A stretch of 63,211 nt of DNA from IMG/VR virus record IMGVR_UViG_3300047554_000382, positions 1-63,211 of that record; one strand, given 5' to 3'. This DNA is from a virus (Duplodnaviria > Caudoviricetes). Below are positions 58,858-63,211 of this stretch, in pieces (within the stretch, counting starts at the first letter, position 1; each line of letters opens with the position of its first letter). The notes under the pieces were generated by a model. It ran no database searches. It worked only from the letters and a program-made list of their open reading frames with translations, and was not told the origin of the DNA. Both the position numbers and the translations under genes were made by a program.

Positions 58858-59898
58858 ATGAAAATCTACGAAATTATTTCCGAAGCACCATCATTGCCTC
58901 CTGGTTATACAACTACTCCCGGAGGTATTGCAGTTCCACAATCAGCTACTACACCTACTACAGCTAGTGCTAGTACACCGCCTTATACACCTTCTAACAG
59001 TATACCAAGTAAGAAAGTAGGCATATTCGGAAGAACCGCTCCTTCTAAACCATCAAAAACAACACCTACTAGTACTGGCTCATCTCCCGGTCAGGATATC
59101 GGAAAGTGGGTTAATGAGCGTCAGAAAAAATGGAGAGCTAATAAAACTAGAGCCCAGCGAGTTGAACGAGTCTGGATGGGCAAATACGGATTTTTCTTAA
59201 CATCATTAATGAAGGTTCTAGGAGTTGGTATAGCATTAACTGAGTTATATGTTGACCTCGAAGGACTTGATGAAGATTTTCAAAACAACCAGTTAAACAA
59301 GAAACAAGTAGAATCTGCAAGAGAATTTTTATTTGGTGTGTTCTCGGCACAAATTCTCGTACCTGCGGTTGCTAGACGTATAGCAGGTGCTAAAACAATT
59401 TTATTAATCGTTCGAATCATTAAAAATCTTGCTGGAGCAGCCGCTGGCGGGATTTCAGCAGGCGCTACTATAGCTGCCGCAGTTGCTTCTGAAGCATTCT
59501 TTATTTGGCTTCAAGCATGGTTAGGTAGTGATGCTGGTAAAGATTGGATAGCTAATACTTTCTTAATGGGTATTGTAAAAACAATGGGCAAGATTCCAGA
59601 AGGTGCATGGAGCTCTTTAACAAGCTATTACGAAAACTCCGAAGAAGCTAAAAAAACTAAAAAAGCTGAATTAGCTAAAAAAGACCCCGCCAAAGCCGCA
59701 CAGCGAGATGCAGAAGATCAAGCGGCCGCAGACAGAGAAAAACAAATTGCCGCAAACGAAAAATATATTGGCGGAGTTCGTGTTACCGATATTGAGGGAA
59801 ACTTAATACCCGGTATTGAAAACAATATTAGAGTTAAAGCCGCGATTGAAAGAGATCTAGCCGCAGGTAAGCCAAATCCGTTAGATGCTTTAAAGTAA
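58858..59898 (+). CDS. putative internal virion/ejected protein with hydrophobic helices
   Basis: N-terminal MKIYEIISE, Pro/Thr/Ser linker, several hydrophobic Ala/Gly-rich helices; late promoter upstream. Confidence 0.55.
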   Translation: MKIYEIISEAPSLPPGYTTTPGGIAVPQSATTPTTASASTPPYTPSNSIPSKKVGIFGRTAPSKPSKTTPTSTGSSPGQDIGKWVNERQKKWRANKTRAQRVERVWMGKYGFFLTSLMKVLGVGIALTELYVDLEGLDEDFQNNQLNKKQVESAREFLFGVFSAQILVPAVARRIAGAKTILLIVRIIKNLAGAAAGGISAGATIAAAVASEAFFIWLQAWLGSDAGKDWIANTFLMGIVKTMGKIPEGAWSSLTSYYENSEEAKKTKKAELAKKDPAKAAQRDAEDQAAADREKQIAANEKYIGGVRVTDIEGNLIPGIENNIRVKAAIERDLAAGKPNPLDALK

Positions 59899-60105
59899 AG
59901 ACAATCCGCTTTTCTTTGTAAGCTCTATATTATCTTTGATAATTTCGTTTAGGATAACTCTATCTTCATGAGAGTATCTGTGGAATAAATCTTCGCTAGA
60001 TACTCCGCCTCGCATATACCAAGACAATCTAAAAATTTCGTCTTTGATACCTTTAATCTCTTGCTCTAAAAAGTTAAGATAGGATTCGATGTCAGAGTTC
60101 GACAT
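59890..60105 (-). CDS. gp51-like baseplate hub assembly factor (possibly the frameshift extension of the gp26-like gene)
   Basis: EIFRLSWYMRGGVS..DL...S.EDR; lies in the -1 frame of the upstream gene, open back to the slippery site. Confidence 0.6.
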   Translation of the reverse strand: MSNSDIESYLNFLEQEIKGIKDEIFRLSWYMRGGVSSEDLFHRYSHEDRVILNEIIKDNIELTKKSGLSLL

Positions 60106-60116
60106 CCTTAAGAGTC

Positions 60117-60938
60117 TTATACGAAAAAATTTGATTGATCCATGGTTATTTGGATATCATCAGCTGTGCCACAGCTAGCACAATTTACATGCTGTTTTGG
60201 AATACTCCAAACTTCCTTGTTAGATTCTAGCTTGTCTTTGATCTGTTGATACACTTCACGATCAGCATTCTGTAACCATTCTCTTATCATATTCTTATCA
60301 GTGACTTGCTCACCGGGGATTTGAACAGCTTCAATGGTCATTAGATATAGTTCTAATTGTAGTTCAGCTAACTGAGCGTAGATTTGATCCATCTGCGTTT
60401 GCTTCTGATCGTCAGGCAACTCAATAGTCTGATACAACATCTTTTGTAGTTTAAAATTTTCTGTGGCTACTGCTGTCATTTCTTCGTAGCTTAGAGGACG
60501 GATTTTTAAAGATAACTCACTGTTAACCTGTACCTGTGTGCTAAAGGTTAGATCTTTAAAATAGTCTAATAAATTTGAAAGATTGATTTCATATTGATTT
60601 TCTTCGCCGCAGTTTTTACAGGCCTGCTCAATGGTCATTTTAGGACCAAATGTAGCGATCCTGATAGCTATCATTAGTGTGTCGATGTCTAAACTAGGGA
60701 CTTTTTTAGCATCAGAAATATACGGACAACAGCTTTCAACAACTTTAGTTACAGCTTCACCGTTGAATAAAGCGTCGGGTGTTTTAAAAATAATCTCATC
60801 CATGCCGGTCATTGCGAAAATGGGCACGTTGTTATAGTCACCTGCGAGCACACCGCGCTCGTAGAATAGACCCTTACTAGGTAAGCTAACAGAAATTTTT
60901 GGCTGTCTAAAATACTTCTGTAATGGATTATTTGCCAT
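60117..60938 (-). CDS. gp26: baseplate hub assembly chaperone, gp26-like
   Basis: LPSKG, MTGMDE, DIDTLMIAIRIATFG, two CxxC pairs, IRPLSY, and C-terminal NFF. Confidence 0.75.
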   Translation of the reverse strand: MANNPLQKYFRQPKISVSLPSKGLFYERGVLAGDYNNVPIFAMTGMDEIIFKTPDALFNGEAVTKVVESCCPYISDAKKVPSLDIDTLMIAIRIATFGPKMTIEQACKNCGEENQYEINLSNLLDYFKDLTFSTQVQVNSELSLKIRPLSYEEMTAVATENFKLQKMLYQTIELPDDQKQTQMDQIYAQLAELQLELYLMTIEAVQIPGEQVTDKNMIREWLQNADREVYQQIKDKLESNKEVWSIPKQHVNCASCGTADDIQITMDQSNFFV

Positions 60939-60950
60939 AGTTTTATCCCG

Positions 60951-60976
60951 ATAAATATATTGTATTGGTATTTATA
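60951..60976. promoter_or_regulatory. crossed divergent late promoters
   Basis: Plus strand ATAAATA (60951-60957) points to the tape measure gene; minus strand TATAAATA (60976-60969), the full T4 late consensus, points to gp26. Confidence 0.65.
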
Positions 60977-61001
60977 TACGCAGATTTCTGGGAAAATAAT
61001 A

Positions 61002-63211
61002 ATGGCAGATCCAAACGTTGCAATGTCACCCGAGCAGTTTAAACAACTGCTAAAAAGCCTTAACAATCAATCTGCACCGTCAGTGGCCGGTGCACCTAGC
61101 TCAATGGCATCATTTAATACTGCTCTAGGAGATGCGGCCAAGAGTGTTGATCCTTTAAAAATGGCCATGGGCGGTGCTGGAGAAGCATCTAAAAAAGCTC
61201 AAGAAGGATTTGACAAACTACAAAAAGGTGTAGAAGAAAATCTTGGCGTATTTAGAGATCTCAGCAAATCCGGTGCTAGCTTTTCAAATGACGTAGTTGG
61301 TATGAGTGTTGCGGCAGCAAACACTCGAATGAATCTTGGCGAGTTTGCTGATGTTATTAAAAACAATGCGGCAGACATGGCAGGCCTCGGTGGAAACGTT
61401 ACTCGAGGTGCAGAAGCTTTTGCTAAGTTCAGCAAAGAGATGTTTGATAGTCGAGCTACAGATTCTCTTAAACAAATAGGATACACTAACAAAGAATTAA
61501 ACGAAGTACTAGCTCTACAAATTGGATTCGGTCGTGCTAGTATCAGAGATGACGAAGCTAGTCGAGCAAGGACAATTCGATCTGCTACTGAATTAGCCAC
61601 TGAGATGGATATGATGGCCAAGCTCACTGGCAAGAGTCGAGAAGAGCAGATGGAAGCTTCAAAGAAAGCGCAAGCCGATATGGCTGTTGAAGCCAAGATG
61701 CGCTTAATAGGAATCAAAGAAGGACCTGAAGCTGAAGCTAGAGCTAGAGAAAATTTTGCTAAACAGTACAACGAAGCACAGCTACGTGGTCAAGGGCAGA
61801 TGTTTAAAGAAGTATTTGCTACTGGTAACATAATGAGTAAAGAAGCTGGTATGCAGGTTGCTCTACAAGGTAAAGCCGCATTGGCAACTATCGAACAAGG
61901 TAGAGCATTAGCTGCCGGAAATATAGAAAAGGCTAATCAAGCTAGCGTAAGAGCTCAAGAAGAAACGCTAAAAAATCAACGTAACGTAGCTCTTTTAAAT
62001 CTATCAACAGTTGCGGCAGCAGGTAGTGATGCATCTAAGGTAGTGCAAGAAAACATGACAGCTAACCGTACACTGTACGATGGTGTACAGAAACAACTGC
62101 AAGGCGGCGCCAAAGATACTAGTGAAGCATTAAAAAATATGAAGGCTGATGCTACACAAGCACAAGCAGGCCAACGTAAAGATGATAAAGGGCAATATCA
62201 AGAAGTAGATGGTGCTACTAAAGCAGTTATACAATTAGGTAATAGAGCAGGAGATGTAACATCTGCACTGGCTACACAATTAATAGATCCATTAAACAAA
62301 ACTATCGGTCCCAGTCTAGGAGAGTTCGCTAACAAATATCTTAGCGGAGTTATTACTACAAGAGACAAAGAAGGTAGAGTTTCTGGACAAGAAAATTTTG
62401 CCACTGCTCTAGAAAAAGAGTTGAAAAAAGGATATGAAAAAGGATCATCAGATGCTCCTGCCTCATCAGGAAAACCCTCAAGTTGGAAAGGCAAGGTCAC
62501 AGAAAACGAATCATTTAGCGGAGCACAAGCATTACAGTCTATAGGTGAAATAGCAGGTAACATTGGCAAGATTACAGCAACAACTATTGATTCTATCACA
62601 ATTGGTGGAACTCCAATTCCAGGAAGATCATCAGGATCCCTAGGTGAAACAGGAAGCCTATTAGAAAACTTTGGATCAGGAACACTAGCTATGTTACACG
62701 GTAAAGAAGCTGTGCTAACAGAAGATCAATTAAACAATCTAGCTCTAGGATCAAAAGCCAGCGGAGTTGAAAGTGCAGTTAATAATTTAAAATCATCAAT
62801 TGATCTATCCAAAGTTTCTAAAGATATTACAACCACAGTTAGTTCTGTGTCAGGCGGTGGCGAAACTGTTTCAAGAAGAACACAATCTAATGCTTCTAAA
62901 GAAGCTGAAGCAGAATTGGCAAAATTAAAAGAAAAATATCAACAAGATAGAAATGAAATTCGCGATAAGATTAAAGCAGAATTAGGACCAGATGCTAAGT
63001 TTGCCGACGTTATGAAAAAAATGCGCGAATCAGTTGACGCTCAAAATTTATCAGAAACTTACCATAAAAAACAAGAAGAACTACAGAAAGCAATCGACGA
63101 TGGTATTAACTACGAAATAGAATCAAAGAAATCCGTCGTAGAAGAAACAAAACAAATAGCACAAGAAGTAGCAGAAACATCTAAAGATATCATTGGCAAG
63201 TCTGTTATAGG
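61002..63211 (+). CDS. tape measure / long helical tail protein (3'-truncated)
   Basis: Frame runs from ATG 61002 (MADPNVAMSPEQFKQLL...) to the window end, which explains its absence from the ORF track. Ala/Lys/Glu/Gln-rich helical composition; adjacent to gp26/gp51-like genes. Confidence 0.7.
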   Translation, partial: MADPNVAMSPEQFKQLLKSLNNQSAPSVAGAPSSMASFNTALGDAAKSVDPLKMAMGGAGEASKKAQEGFDKLQKGVEENLGVFRDLSKSGASFSNDVVGMSVAAANTRMNLGEFADVIKNNAADMAGLGGNVTRGAEAFAKFSKEMFDSRATDSLKQIGYTNKELNEVLALQIGFGRASIRDDEASRARTIRSATELATEMDMMAKLTGKSREEQMEASKKAQADMAVEAKMRLIGIKEGPEAEARARENFAKQYNEAQLRGQGQMFKEVFATGNIMSKEAGMQVALQGKAALATIEQGRALAAGNIEKANQASVRAQEETLKNQRNVALLNLSTVAAAGSDASKVVQENMTANRTLYDGVQKQLQGGAKDTSEALKNMKADATQAQAGQRKDDKGQYQEVDGATKAVIQLGNRAGDVTSALATQLIDPLNKTIGPSLGEFANKYLSGVITTRDKEGRVSGQENFATALEKELKKGYEKGSSDAPASSGKPSSWKGKVTENESFSGAQALQSIGEIAGNIGKITATTIDSITIGGTPIPGRSSGSLGETGSLLENFGSGTLAMLHGKEAVLTEDQLNNLALGSKASGVESAVNNLKSSIDLSKVSKDITTTVSSVSGGGETVSRRTQSNASKEAEAELAKLKEKYQQDRNEIRDKIKAELGPDAKFADVMKKMRESVDAQNLSETYHKKQEELQKAIDDGINYEIESKKSVVEETKQIAQEVAETSKDIIGKSVI

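Noticed and set aside
10170-60989. Recurrent motif as a strand-polarised Chi/KOPS-like signal switching at 58.4-58.8 kb
   Set aside because: Only one degenerate copy lies right of the putative switch, and the motif is quasi-palindromic and promoter-linked, which fits an operator better.
61199-62599. Minus-strand ORFs 61199-61771, 61284-61475 and 62198-62599
   Set aside because: Antisense to the open tape-measure frame starting at 61002.
1-63211. Stop-codon reassignment, as seen in some large phages
   Set aside because: Genes are full length and tightly packed under the standard code, and TAA, TGA and TAG all appear as ordinary stops.
1-63211. CRISPR array, tRNA genes, IS/transposase, integrase, inteins
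   Set aside because: No regularly spaced repeats, cloverleafs, transposase motifs or intein termini were recognised by eye; tRNAscan and CRISPR finders were not run.

Overview
The window is a 63-kb fragment of a large, AT-rich T4-like (probably jumbo) myophage genome. It uses the standard genetic code, is densely coding, and has no recognisable tRNA, rRNA, CRISPR array or IS element. Layout: (1) 1-17.3 kb, + strand: nucleotide and DNA-modification genes (GT-B glycosyltransferase, phosphoribosyltransferase, MBD4-like glycosylase, HIT, UDP-glucose dehydrogenase, folE, a nuclease-like ORF, queE, 2OG-Fe oxygenase), then T4-type RNase H, a MoxR AAA+/VWA-peptidase pair, thyX and a radical SAM gene. 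(2) 17.3-23.7 kb, - strand: a radical SAM/methyltransferase/four-glycosyltransferase island with its own sigma70 promoter. (3) 23.8-53.9 kb, - strand: tail fibre and baseplate module with three paralogous fibres, a 4600-aa protein and gp6, gp25, gp5, gp27-, gp53- and gp48/54-like genes. (4) 54.0-59.9 kb, + strand: gp55-gp47-gp46, an Hc1-like protein, a GIY-YIG nuclease, a ~450-nt hairpin-rich non-coding element and a putative internal virion protein. (5) gp51/gp26-like genes (-) and a 3'-truncated tape measure gene (+). Best candidates for novelty: the structured non-coding element behind the GIY-YIG nuclease; a T-TTT-TTC -1 frameshift that would fuse the gp26- and gp51-like ORFs; a folE/queE cluster with a PRTase and a restriction-like nuclease; a glycosylation island beside the tail fibres; and a recurrent ~18-bp quasi-palindromic site at fixed spacing from TAAATA late-promoter boxes. 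All family calls come from motif recognition by eye, not from database searches.
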